Positions 1-11,528 of a stretch of DNA of 64,000 nt are shown here, piece by piece. The notes below the pieces were generated by a model. The model worked only from the letters and a program-made list of their open reading frames with translations. It was not told the origin of the DNA and searched no databases. Origin of the DNA: Saprolegnia diclina VS20 (Eukaryota); NCBI RefSeq assembly GCF_000281045.1, contig NW_008246078.1, forward strand, positions 780,351 through 844,350, written 5' to 3'. Each line of letters starts with the position of its first letter. Position 1 is the stretch's first letter. Both the position numbers and the translations under genes were made by a program.

Positions 1-1303
1 TGCATGCAACGCCACGGTCTTTTGATTAGCATGGATGAGGAACTTGGCTGACGTTTCCATCGCACGCTGCTGGTTGAGTTTGCACGTTGAAATTGCACTT
101 CTATCGAACCGGCTCTACCCGTTCTTTCATTGCACGCCGCCACGTCATTGTGCCTGTACCATTGGTGGTGTCTCCATGCGAGCTCTAGTTTCGCTTCAAT
201 GGCATCACAGTTTGTATTGAGTAAAGATGGCAGCTACCATCGTGGCTTGGCTAAATTGATTCATTTAGATGCAGGTATTATCGATCGATGTGTGCATTTG
301 GTTGCGGTCGAACTCGAATGTGTTGCCAACTTTGCGGTAGCAAACACATGTCGGCGGAACTAGACCGCAAAACGGACGGAGACGAGGAATTGGAGCGTGT
401 GGTGTACAGTATTTTCAACCTCATTTATGGCGCGCAAGATTCGAGCTAGCTGTTGGCGCCACCGAGCCACGCGTTTCGAATGTGCAGTAATGAAAAGGGC
501 GCGGCTTCAAAGCCACTCTGCCGACACCTGGCGTGCATCAATCGGTGTCCTGATTTTTCAAGTGGTAGTCTTTTGCTCCCACAATTCCTACCTGCCAGGC
601 ATTAACGCGCTTTGCTAGAAGCCTCTCGAACGCCTCCCATTAACAATTCATCTATAATCGTTCCCACTGGCGTCCTCAGTATCCTGAATGGGGCGGCAGC
701 AAATCCAACGCCCCTTGGTGCCCATCTCATGCGAGAAGCGCAAAGTGCCTCGAAGCGACGTCTGCCTTAGTGTCCCTCCAAGCACCACACAAAGCACGGA
801 CGTGATTTGGAATTGATTCCTTGGGTTGTGACGGAAAGGATACCGGGTATTCATCCTGCAGTACTAACGCAAGTGCGGCACTGCTGCATGAGCTACCACT
901 GAGAGCTCCGGCAGCGTCGATGCAGCACTTCAACGTTGCGTTGAGTGCATCCGCAACGTTGGCCAGTCACCTTAAGCCTCTGGCGGCAGAGACCTCAAAA
1001 AGAGGTCCTGCAACTGCCCTTCTTCATCGTCCACTTGCACCATCAGCACGCATTTGACGGCGACGTGTTTAAACCTTGCCGTGCCAGCGACCTCAGCGAC
1101 CTGACGTCCGCAACTGGAAGCAACTGACCCGAAGGTCAGCGTCACCTACTCGTAAAGGAACGAGGGGTGGGCCGTTGTCGAGCCTCGACAGCGGGCTTTG
1201 GTTCTGTTTATCAATGTAGAGCCTAAATGTAGCATTGTGCCACCGACAGCGAAGCGTGAAAGGCCTTGCGAAGCGTGTCGTCATGGAGCCAGAAACGCCC
1301 CCT

Positions 1304-1447
1304 GGCGACAAGAAAAGAGCAAGACGAGCCCCGCGCCGCCGCCTGCGCAGCCACAGCCCACCGAGCGAATGAAGAAGAAGGAGATTGCTAGTCTCTACGT
1401 ATGCAAAGTCTTTGGAATGAAGATACAGCGAAACACGTTCATATATA
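1304..1447 (+). repeat. Dispersed ~145 bp repeat, copy A (inverted relative to the copy at 53948-54118)
   Basis: GACGAGCCCCGCGCCGCCGCCTGCGCAGCCAC...CGAGCGAATGAAGAAGAAGGAGATTGCTAGTCTCTACGTAT...CGAAACACGTTCATATATA matches the reverse complement of 53948-54118. Both copies give the ORF-track peptide MKKKEIASLYV. Confidence 0.9.
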
Positions 1448-1878
1448 AACGTAGCTCTTTGACGTGCGGTGGTGAATGAGCCGTTCTCGACGTCCTCGGG
1501 TCATCAACTGCCATTCGCGAAGGAGCGCATGCGCTGGCAAAGCGTCGGTGATGACACTATCACCGAGGTTCGCAAAGCGCAAGCGAATGAATACGGCCTC
1601 GTCCTCGTCAAAATAGGAGTTGAAGAGGTCGCCCGAGAGGACCACAAGGATGCTGCCTGTAAGGAGATACTCGCGTTCGCATTGTACATGTAACTCGGTG
1701 CAGATGACTCGGCGTGGGGCTTGTCGACGACATATAGATCCACTTGGTTTGGTATCTGGACGATCGCGATTGCAGGTGAGCGGCGACTCGGGCAAGTATG
1801 AAGTATGTCCAAAGACAGAAGCGTTGGCCAATCAACACCTCGGGCCCAACTTGAAAGATCCAGGCGAAGGGACGGACG

Positions 1879-2500
1879 ATGCGACGAGGGCCTGTGCTAT
1901 TGCTGCTGCTCATGGTGCTCCTTGTGGCGGTCGATCTGGCGGCCAAGACCATCGACTACGACGCTCTCGAAAGGCAATGGGAGAAGGGCGACATGGACGA
2001 AGAGCTGCTCTCGGACGAAGCCCTCGCCGCCAAACAGTACGCTGCCTCTCTCTGTCCCCACCAACTCTTTGGTCATAGGAACCGCAAGCAAGAACTGGAA
2101 AAGTCCGAGATGGTGTTTGTCACACTCGAGCCGTCGGCGGTCGCGGCCTTTGCCATGGCGCACCCCGACTATGAGAAGCCGCTCTCGGAGCTCTGCGCGC
2201 TCTGGAAAAGCGTACTACGCTAAGACGATATCTTCCACGAATGAGCTTGGCGCGTAGATGCTTCTCAACGGCGGTCTGGACGTCAATTTTTACGAGCTCG
2301 AGGGCGCCAAAGTGCTCGCAGGGCTGCAAAGAGGGTCGCGGGTGCAGGAGCTCCACGCGTTCCTCTTTGAACAGCCTCAAGTCACCGAGATTCAATGGAA
2401 CCAAGAGACGTTGTATCCTCCCCGCGCCAAAAACCGCAAGCCAAAGAAAGCCAAAAAGGCTACAAAGGCCAAGCCGACATCCCCCAAGACGGAGTTGTAG
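1879..2500 (+). CDS. MESD: MESD/Boca-like ER chaperone, 3 exons (introns 2037-2078, 2212-2257)
   Basis: Signal peptide; ALERQWEKGD, SEMVFVTL, LCALWKSMLLNGGLDVNFY and LHAFLFEQPQVTEIQWNQETLYP align in order with recalled MESD motifs (LLEQWEKDD, LMMFVTV, SLWQGSLFNANYDV, KDFLVGQDRCADVTLEGQVYP). Lys-rich tail ends in ER-retention-like KTEL. Confidence 0.75.
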
Positions 2501-2841
2501 CCTCGTCTTTGAACGCTGCGGCAAAATGCTTTGTTAGGTACTACCTGAGCTGCATGTTTGCTAGGTAATACAACTAGACAACACATCTACTCTACTATTG
2601 AGGCTATAGTAGTGTTGGCAAGTACTTGGGCTGACGAGGGATGCTGTCGTGCTGAGCCATGCCGGGAGCTTCTGGGATGTCAATCGTGCTGCTCGATTGG
2701 CTCAAAAAGGGGAAAATAGAGCGCATCGATTGGATGAATATACGAAAAATCCTACATATTAGACCAATCTCTGAGATTGTATTCATGGATTGGCTAAAAT
2801 GCTCCATCTCTGTCACAACGCAATTTGGCGATTTGGACGAG

Positions 2842-3559
2842 ATGACGAGCCAGGCGCGCATCCTCCTCCTCGGCGACTCGATCACGCAGCAAGCGTCCGA
2901 CCCTGCGATCGGCGGCTTCCAGACGCTCCTCGAGGCCGACTACATTCGCCGCGCCGACATCATCAACCGCGGCCTGAGCGGCTACAACACAAGGTATCAA
3001 TTCCGAGTTTGCCATTTGCCAAAACTTCATGACTAGATGGTTCTTGGACTATTTGCCGCAGATTGTGGCAGAGCTCCAGAACCAACGCGCGCCGTCGCTC
3101 ATCACGCTCTTCCTCGGCGCCAACGACGCAGACCTGCCGTCGGGCATCCAGCACGTGCCGCTTGCCCAGTACGAAGCCAACACCAAGACTATCGTCACGG
3201 CACTTCGCGCCGCCTTCCCCGACGCCGCCTTCATCTTGCTGACGCCGCCGCCGATTGGTGACAACGAGCTCTACGGGCGCAACAATGCGACGGCAGGCAA
3301 GTACGCGGCTGCGTGCGTTCGTGCCGCCGCGGCGCTGGGTGTCGTCGCCATCGATCTCTGGACGACCATGCAATCGGAGCGTGAGAGCTACCTCAGCGAC
3401 GGCTTGCACCTCAACGCCAAAGGCAACCGGTTTGTATACGCGGCGCTAACGGCTACAATTGCAGCGCAGCTCCCGGCGCTCCAGCCCACGGCGATTCCGC
3501 TCTTCTATCCCGAGTGGACGGCGCTCGTCGAGAAAGACAATGCGACCAAAAAGGCGTAG
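2842..3559 (+). CDS. IAH1: SGNH/GDSL hydrolase, IAH1-like, 2 exons (intron 2994-3036)
   Basis: LLLGDSITQ (block I), NRGLSGYNTRW (block II), FLGANDA (block III), DGLHL (block V). Confidence 0.9.
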
Positions 3560-4079
3560 GCTTTTAGCGCAAACTTGATGATACGTGGCAGCACGAAAAG
3601 CCAAAACCATGACGTACAACATGAAATCGTACATATATTCAAGGTCGTCAAGGGCGAGTTGGTACAGAGCAATCGTTTGCGTCGAAGAGGGAGGGTAGGA
3701 GGAGCATGGCTAGCCCAAGGACAAGGAGCTGTCGCCAACCCAACATAGTTTGTTATGGTACAATCTTCTGTCTTGCGCGCCCATGGAACCACGATTGTGG
3801 CGAGTGCTCCGTCTGAAATCAACGGCTTTTGTGGGCAAAAGCAGCTCGCGCCCGACGACATTTGGGCGAGAGAAATAGGAGCGCACACGCTCATTTTACC
3901 TCGTCGACTACTGAGGTACACTTGCGCACACGATCAGCTTGATTCAAGAAAAGGAATATGCTTGGCCAGGACGTCGTTTCGGTTCAAAGCTCGGACGCAC
4001 CGTACGCCACGTCATCCGGTATGATCCGGTTACCAAAACCATAACCGGTCATCCCGATCAGTTTGAAACCAGCCTCATC

Positions 4080-4452
4080 ATGCTCCTAGTGCGCCTGCTG
4101 ACGCTGGCGGCGTCAACGTCAGCGTACTCAGAGTTCCGCTACAATCTCCCAAACGGCTTTGAGGTCTCTGGTGTCCCGGCGATCGGCCACGAAAACAAGG
4201 CGGGCGGCGGCGCCTACACGCCGTTTGGCCACGACTTTATGCAACTACGAATGGACAACCGCCTTGTGCCAGCTCGATTCGGACGGCGACGGCGCCACCA
4301 ACGGCGAGGAGCTCGGCGACCCGTGCTGCCTCTGGACATCGATGGACGAGACGCCGCTGCGTGGCAACCCGACGTCGCCGGGGCATGCAAATGCATTCAC
4401 GGCCGACGAGCTCGCGGAACTGCGCTGCGATCGGGCAAAGACTGAGCTCTAA
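4080..4452 (+). pseudogene. Temptin-like secreted Cys-rich protein with a frameshift near 4240 (pseudogene or assembly indel)
   Basis: Signal peptide, LPNG, IGH and GGGAYTPFGHDF in one frame; YEWTTALCQLDSDGDGATNGEELGDPCCLW...KTEL in another. There is no room for an intron at the junction. Confidence 0.7.
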
Positions 4453-4509
4453 CTGGTGCCAACACGCGTACATCTCATCATGCATTCGTGTCATATTGGT
4501 TTAGCCCAT

Positions 4510-7277
4510 TCAATCGGCGTTGGCGTACTCGCCCGCCGAGTTGAGGTACACAGGCTCCATGTAGCCGCAGTCACCGCGCGTCCCCGCGTGGCCGTAGCCG
4601 TCGCTGCTTGTAAAGCCCGTCGCACACACGCAGTGGCCTTTGGTATAGTCGCAGAGCCCGCTACAAATTTTCTCGTAAAGGAACAAAATACACAAAATTG
4701 TCTACCGGTTGGAGCACAGGGCGTCTTCTTTGGTGCCGACAACCGACCCCATCGTACCATCGTTGTAGACTGCAATCGACGTCACGCCGTACGTCGTGTA
4801 GCGTACCGGCGGAAGTGCTCCAAACACAGAGAGGAACGAGATCGAGATCACATTCGCGCCGTTGCTCGTGCACGCCGCGGCGCCCGCCGAGTACGAGACG
4901 AGCACCTGCGCTCGTTCAACATTGGAATAAGAAAGATGCGATAAGAAAACCTGGCCAAAAGCGGGGAGGAGGTTGAGGATGCTCGCGAGTGTTGCACTGG
5001 TGATCGTAAAGGGTAGCGGCGCGGTAAAGTCGCCACGAAAGCCCAATGTAAACGTGCCCGTCTAGCACAATCCAACAGGATAAAAGAATGGATCGTTGAA
5101 TATTTGGATAGGATACCGTTGCTGTGCACACAATCGTCTGGACGGTGTTGACTTGGACCATGCCATTCTTGTCGTAATACGTCAGCGGGTCGTCGCCCGT
5201 GGGACACGACACTAATAGACGTCGTCCAATGTGTCCAAATGACAATTGTTGGGGAATGTAGTGTACATTTTGAGCAGTCAAACCCTTCGTAGCCAGGGTT
5301 GCAGGCGCAGCCTTGCACTTGGTTGGAGTCCCACGTCTATCAACAACAAAATTGTCTTGCGTTCTGCAGACATTTGTTTCGCGCACCGGGTTGTTGTTCG
5401 GAACGCTTCCGTAGGTAAACGCCGGTCGCGGGTCGCCGTTGAGTTTTGTGAGTGGCGCGAGGTTTTGCATCGTGAGGCACGTGCCATGGCCGCTGCAGTC
5501 GTTGGGGCATTCGACTAGAAATCAGAAAATGACCAAATTGGCAAATTTTGCACTAATCGACACGTACGCCGATTGCACGCGGCGCCAGTGAAGCGCGTGT
5601 CGCACAAGCACACGCCCCGCGTTCGGTCGCACGTGCCTGCGTTCGAACACTCGGCGAGTTGGTGCGCACCATTTGGACTGCCCGGTACATCAAACCACGA
5701 AGTCCCCATGGGACATTGCTCTACGCACATTCCAATTCAGATTCAGGTTCAGAAAATAGATGGCATCGTAGGCAAGGAGGCCGTACGCTCGGAGCAGTCG
5801 CCGCCTTGGAACCCGCTGGCACAAATGCACGAAAACGTCGGGGGCCCTTGGCAGACTCCGTGGCCACTGCAGGCCAAGTTTTTGCCCTACCCCTCGCGTC
5901 AAGTCCAACTCTAAAGGCAGACAGCGTCTACGGGACACTTCGTAATAGCCAATGCGACGGCCCCGCAGTCGCCGCGGCGACCCACGCTGCCGTAGCCGTC
6001 GCTCGAGACATAGTTGGGAAAGCAATTGCATGTGCCCTATGCAGGTCGCCAGAGTGATTCACTATCATCATCGACGGACGCACCGTCGACCGGTCACAGA
6101 GACCGCGGTTGGAGCAGTACGCATCTTCCTTTGTGCCATGCACCGTCGTGACAACCGTGAGGCGGGGTGACGCGCCGACCGTCGTCAGCGTCAAGGCGCC
6201 ATTATTGCCCACGAGCGACGGCAGACTAGAGAGCCACGAGAAGGGATCCAACAACGCCTCGCGAAACCACATACTTGCCAAAGTCTTGGGTGAACTCAAT
6301 CGCGATGGCATGTCCGAGCACGGTACACGCCGTGGGCGTCAGACCCGAGAACGTGACGACGACACCGTGGAGAGATGGCAGTGCCTACATTCATAGCGTC
6401 GTAGTGATGACGACGCAGTAATCGAATTTATATAGACCAAGAGTTTGGCTTGCATGTTGGCAGCCGAGTCGGACACTAGAATTGGCGCCGTGGTGAAGCC
6501 TCGGAAGGCCAGCGTGAACGACCCGCCCTACACCATTGGTTGCACCCGTGTTAACAAAGCAAGCGTACCGTGGCCATGCACGTGACGACTTGCTTTTCGT
6601 TGAACTGGACGCCGTTAAGGTCTTGGGTCGTGCCCGTGAGCGGGTCGTCACCGCGGGGACAATGCACTATTGCGCGATCACCCTCGTGCGATAATCCAAT
6701 CCGAAAGGAGTCGTACTCTCGGTGCAGCTGTAGCCCGTGAATGGGGCATCGCACTGACAGCCGTAGATCTTGTTGGCGTCCCACGGCGTCGTGTACGGGT
6801 AGATGGTGCCAAGACCTGGATCCTTGGTCATCGCAAGCTGGCTCATCGAGAGACACGTGCCGCGGCCGTTGCAGTTGCAAGCCACTACCGCTCAGATCTG
6901 AGCGCTCTGCATGATAGAAGCGTCCTACTGCGGTCGCAAGCAGCGCCGGTGAAGCCCGGAGTGCAGTCGCAGAGCCCCGTTGCGCGGTTGCACGTGCCTC
7001 GGTTGGCACACTCGGCGAGGTTGTGCGCGTTCTCCAACGACTGGGGGTAGTCGGCCCACGCTGCGGCCATCGGACACTTGACTAAAATCGCTATCAGAGG
7101 TCGTGCAATGGAGCGGAAGAACGTACGCAGCGAGCAGTCGGCGCCCATGAACGACTGGGAGCACTGGCAGACACCTTGAAAGTGACAGAGACCGTGACCG
7201 CTGCAGTCGTTGGGGCACTGCGACGCCCATGTCATGTGCAGCGCCACTGCGGCGGCAAGAAGGCCTCGAAGCCCCAT
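4510..7277 (-). CDS. Secreted multi-EGF (tenascin-like / stramenopile mastigoneme Sig1-Ocm1-type) protein, many exons
   Basis: Signal peptide, then CPNDCSGHGLC, AWADYP..AH.LAECANRGTCNR, WDANKIYGCQCD, CPRGDDPLT and GTKEDAYCSNRGLCD. The module recurs a second time (SWFDVPG..AHQLAECSNAG, CPTGDDPLT, GTKEDALCSNR, SSDGYG..G.RGDCG). Pieces are joined by short GT-AG introns. Confidence 0.75.
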
Positions 7278-7990
7278 CCAAAATTGTGTTGCTATTTATG
7301 GGTCCAAGGGTCGTTGCAGACTTGGTCCACATTCAACATCGTTGGACTAAAATGGCTGGCACGATGGCTAGTCCATTTGGACTGGAGGTGTTGCGCCACT
7401 AAATCTTCACTTGATTCTTTTCAATCATCCAAGAACATGTGGTGTTCGTCAGAATCCAAAAATCCAAAAATCCAATGATCCAAACCGTGCGCCACTTTTG
7501 CACGAGATGACGCTGAATGAGGACGCTCATGCATTCCACCTTGTCAGGTGTTGTGCGTCCTTCTGATTATTGCACATTCGGAACACATGACGCCAACGCA
7601 TATCTTGAGAGAGCTGTTTGCCAGTTCCTTGTCGCCGTCCGTTTTGCGGTCCGATTCTTTCGACATGATACTCTTCCAGCTATTTGAAGCAAGGATCTCG
7701 AGCTCGCCTGGCGAAGACACCAATGGCAACGATGACGTGGCAGCGTAGATTGGCGTGTCGATAACAGCCGGGTCTATACTCGCGTCATCTCCAAGTGCAA
7801 ACAGTAGGGGCGTCGTCTGGCTCGTCGATGCTAGTCAAATGACCTTACCACGTGCGGCGTCTGCCGTTCGTGGATTCCTCATGCGACCGAATGACGGCGG
7901 CTCACAGAATAAATACATAACTCGACAAAACGAGCCTCTGCCTCTTGAAATCGAACACTGCATGCAACACCGATAGCGAGCGTTGTGTGT

Positions 7991-8004
7991 TCATTTCCCA
8001 ATTT
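7991..8004 (+). promoter_or_regulatory. Oomycete INR/FPR core promoter element
   Basis: TCATTTCCCAATTT matches the oomycete consensus TCATTYYNCAWTTT and ends about 25 nt before the papain ATG. Confidence 0.65.
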
Positions 8005-8029
8005 GCCTCGACCACTTCACACCACCACA

Positions 8030-9301
8030 ATGAAGTCGATCGCTTGCCTTCTTCTCGCCACATCGGCCGTCCACGGCCTGCGCCTCTCGGCCCAAGAAAA
8101 GGTAGACCTCCAAGCCAAGCTCGAGGCGTGGAAGGCCAGCCAAGCCGGCAAGCAAGCCGAAGCCAACGGCTTTCTCCCGCCCAAGACGGAACACGGCAAC
8201 CTCGAAGACGGCGAGATTGACGACGAGCTCCTTCGGTTTGCCACGACCCAAAAGATCGTCGATGACCTCAACAAGCAGCACAAGGGCGCCGTCTTCTCGA
8301 CCGACAACCAGTTTGCGCTCATGACCGAAGACGAGTTTGCGGCCTTTGTCAAGGGCTCCTTCAAGCACNNNNNNNNNNNNNNNNNNNNNNNNNNNNNNNN
8401 NNNNNNNNNNNNNNNNNNNNNNNNNNNNNNNNNNNNNNNNNNNNNNNNNNNNNNNNNNNNNNNNNNNNNNNNNNNNNNNNNNNNNNNNNNNNNNNNNNNN
8501 NNNNNNNNNNNNNNNNNNNNNNNNNNNNNNNNNNNNNNNNNNNNNNNNNNNNNNNNNNNNNNNNNNNNNNNNNNNNNNNNNNNNNNNNNNNNNNNNNNNN
8601 NNNNNNNNNNNNNNNNNNNNNNNNNNNNNNNNNNNNNNNNNNNNNNNNNNNNNNNNNNNNNNNNNNNNNNNNNNNNNNNNNNNNNNNNNNNNNNNNNNNN
8701 NNNNNNNNNNNNNNNNNNNNNNNNNNNNNNNNNNNNNNNNNNNNNNNNNNNNNNNNNNNNNNNNNNNNNNNNNTGCCAGAAGACCAAGGTCAGCGTCGGC
8801 AAGTCGGTCGACATCCAAGGCGAGAGTGCGCTCCAGAGCGCGCTCGACAAGCAGCCGGTGACGGTCGTCGTCGAGGCTGGCAACAACGTGTGGCGCAACT
8901 ACAAGAGCGGCGTCGTGCAGAGTTGCCCGGGAGCGCAGTCGGACCACGCCGTGATTGCTGTCGGGTATGGCACCAAGGACGGCCAGCAGCATTTCAAGAT
9001 CAAGAACTCGTGGGGCACGGGCTGGGGCGAGCAAGGCTACATCTACCTCAAGCGCGGCGTGAGCAGCAAGGGAATGTGCAACGTGGCCGAAATGCCGTCG
9101 TACCCGGCCCTGAGCGGCAAGTCGCAGCCATCGTCCGAGCCGCAGCCGCCGTCCAAGCCCACGAAGATGCCCCACGGCAACTGCAACGGCTGCAATGGCT
9201 GCTACTACCCGGCCGCGTCGCAGTGCTTGACGGCTGACTACGATAAGAAGTACTGCGAGTACCTTGCCCCCGAGTTCGGCACCCAGTGGTGCACGTCGTA
9301 G
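8030..9301 (+). CDS. Papain-family (C1A) cysteine protease precursor, interrupted by an assembly gap
   Basis: Signal peptide; I29-like prodomain (NQFALMTEDEF); catalytic His (SDHAVIAVGYG) and Asn (KIKNSWGTGWGEQGY); Pro/Ser linker and 6-Cys C-terminal domain. The catalytic Cys falls in the N gap. Confidence 0.9.
   Translation: MKSIACLLLATSAVHGLRLSAQEKVDLQAKLEAWKASQAGKQAEANGFLPPKTEHGNLEDGEIDDELLRFATTQKIVDDLNKQHKGAVFSTDNQFALMTEDEFAAFVKGSFKHXXXXXXXXXXXXXXXXXXXXXXXXXXXXXXXXXXXXXXXXXXXXXXXXXXXXXXXXXXXXXXXXXXXXXXXXXXXXXXXXXXXXXXXXXXXXXXXXXXXXXXXXXXXXXXXXXXXXXXXXXXXXXXXXXXXXXXXCQKTKVSVGKSVDIQGESALQSALDKQPVTVVVEAGNNVWRNYKSGVVQSCPGAQSDHAVIAVGYGTKDGQQHFKIKNSWGTGWGEQGYIYLKRGVSSKGMCNVAEMPSYPALSGKSQPSSEPQPPSKPTKMPHGNCNGCNGCYYPAASQCLTADYDKKYCEYLAPEFGTQWCTS
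8369..8773. other. Assembly gap (N run)
   Basis: Run of 405 N. Confidence 1.
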
Positions 9302-9764
9302 AGCGCTTCCGTCTTGCTTGTACATGTACCTTGCAGGCTGTTATAGATTTGCGTGTGCGGTAATCGACAATGTCCTTAGCTTTTTCTGCTGTAGCTCTGC
9401 GAGTAGGGAACCAAGACGCAGGTGCACACCCGCGGGCCAACGGCTGGCTGAGAACGAACAGAGCTACGAGCACTGTCTGCAGAATCCTGTCACCATGAGG
9501 CCACTTGTGCCGGGGCCATTTTCTACTACACACAAGAACGTTCGGTGAACGAGTCCTTGACGTGGGGCATCGAGTGCACGGTTGCCACGGCCTTTACCTA
9601 AGGCATCCCTTGTAGGATCACTCTCGGCTCCATTTCTCAAAGCCCTAGCTCGAGCCTATCAACAACTGTCTCGCAGTGCTGCGTTGAAGTCGCACACGGC
9701 TGTATCAAGTTGATACTTGTGCGATCGCGACTTTTGTATACGTCTCGGTTTACATGATTTGCCT

Positions 9765-10842
9765 CTAAAACTCGCTCGTTCGGAACGTGGCCGTGGTCTT
9801 CTTGGGCGGCGGCGACTCGCCCTGCTCTTGCGTGTCGCGGCGGTACAGTCGCACCTCGCGGGGCTTCTTCACCTGCTCCTCTTCCTCCATCCACTCGACG
9901 AGCGGATAGACAATCACCTTGTCGATGAGCCAAACGCACGTGAACCGCTGGCCTGTCAAGACGTCGTTGGCTAGCCGATGGTACGTCGCCCAGCCCGTCA
10001 CGGCAAAGTACGTCGAGAGGACTGCGTCCAGCGTATACGTCTCGCGGCGGGCGAGCGAGCTCACCTAGCATGGATCGCATCAGACATGACAAGCACGCTC
10101 ATGACGTGGCAGAAGGAGGTACCATGGCCGTGATTGCCGTCGTCCACACGATCGACTTGACCCAGTTGACCGGACTCTCGACGCGGTGGTAGTACGTGTG
10201 CCACACCATGCCGCACATGATGAGGAGCGTCGAGTGACCGCAGTAGATCGTGTCGCGGCACGCCACGAGGCTCACGTTGGTCTGCGACCGAATCCACTCG
10301 GCGAGGCTCCGGCGTGAGAGCAGAAAGTGCTGGACGACTTCGCGGGCGCTCGGGTTCTTCTCTTCGACGAGGCACGTCGGGTTCGAGTCGGGCAGGAAGG
10401 TCATGAGCGCGAGGAGCGTCCGCGCCATGAGCAGCGCGGCGTAGATCAAAAGGACCCGGCGCAGAATGATGCTGCGCATCGGATGCAGAGCGACAAAGGT
10501 CACGGTCGCGCCGAGCACGAGCTGCAAGAGAAAGCTCGGCGGGATCGGAATCGACGGCAAAAAGTCGTGGCCGACGTCCGGCAAGGCGCTGTGGTGGTTG
10601 GGCGTCCGGAAGAACGCGAGCGACTTGACGAGCGCCGAGAGAAAGACGGCGCAGGCGAGAAACATGGCCGAGACCGCGAGCCGGCGCGACGTCGGGTAGA
10701 TGACCGTGATCGCAAAGAAGACGCCGACACTTAAAAGGAAGAAGTGCTGCAAATCGAGCGCATCGCCGATCGCGACGCCGACCGTCGCGCCATGCAGCCA
10801 GCAGCAGACGCAGAGGAAGCTCGTAAAGACCTTGGACACCAT
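9765..10842 (-). CDS. Sphingomyelin/IPC synthase-like (PAP2 superfamily) membrane protein, 2 exons (intron 10065-10122)
   Basis: LPDVGHDFLP (D1), RTLLALMTFLP (D2), CRDTIYCGHS (D3, cf. CGDxxFSGHT), RETYTLDAV (degenerate D4); several hydrophobic segments. Confidence 0.8.
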
Positions 10843-11528
10843 CCTCGGCGCGTTGCTGTGTGCGGCGACGCCAACGGGTCCGGATACAGTGCCAGGTACT
10901 TTATCGGAGGGTGTTTTGCTCAAATAAATATTCGGTTTCAATACAATACAAGAAATAAAATACAATAAAAAGCATAATGGACAGGGTCCGGATACCAAAA
11001 GTGAGTAATTGCCGTAGGCAGTTGCGGGGTGGCCACATGAGCCGACGTTATCACGTACCGCTCCCCATAGCATGCGAGGTCGCCGCTGGTCTGTCACTGC
11101 TACCGGAAGTCTTCAGAAAGGGTATGCAGACTGGTATGTAGACTGGTATATTCTTGACGTCCACACAGAGGTCCATGCCGACGACCGGACCCTAACCCTA
11201 AGCTCACCCAGGCTCGTCGATGCCGTCCTTAACGTCTTCGAAGAGCTACGGTAGAGACCCTTGCTGGTGTGAATAGTGTATGGGGATACTTGTGATGTGT
11301 TTCTCGTCTGCCTGCCGATGAGATGTTGCAATGGCCCAGAGACTCGGAGAGATCTTGGCGTCGGTCGATCACCAGAGATAGGACCTCTCCAAGCGCCTCG
11401 TCTTGCTACTGGAGTCTACCTTCATGGGTCGCTTGTGGATGCTTCCATAATAAAGCCAAGTAGACGAAACAAAAGCCATGTATTAAGAGGATCCGTGTGA
11501 CCTGAACTAGAAGCTATGACGAGGTCGT

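Noticed and set aside
1439..1831. Possible LINE reverse-transcriptase remnant (LSGDLFNSYFD) next to repeat copy A
   Set aside because: A single short resemblance; no QG or YADD motifs in the neighbouring frames.
7991..9325. Long ORFs containing X runs (also 38586-39264)
   Set aside because: Artefacts of translating through assembly gaps.
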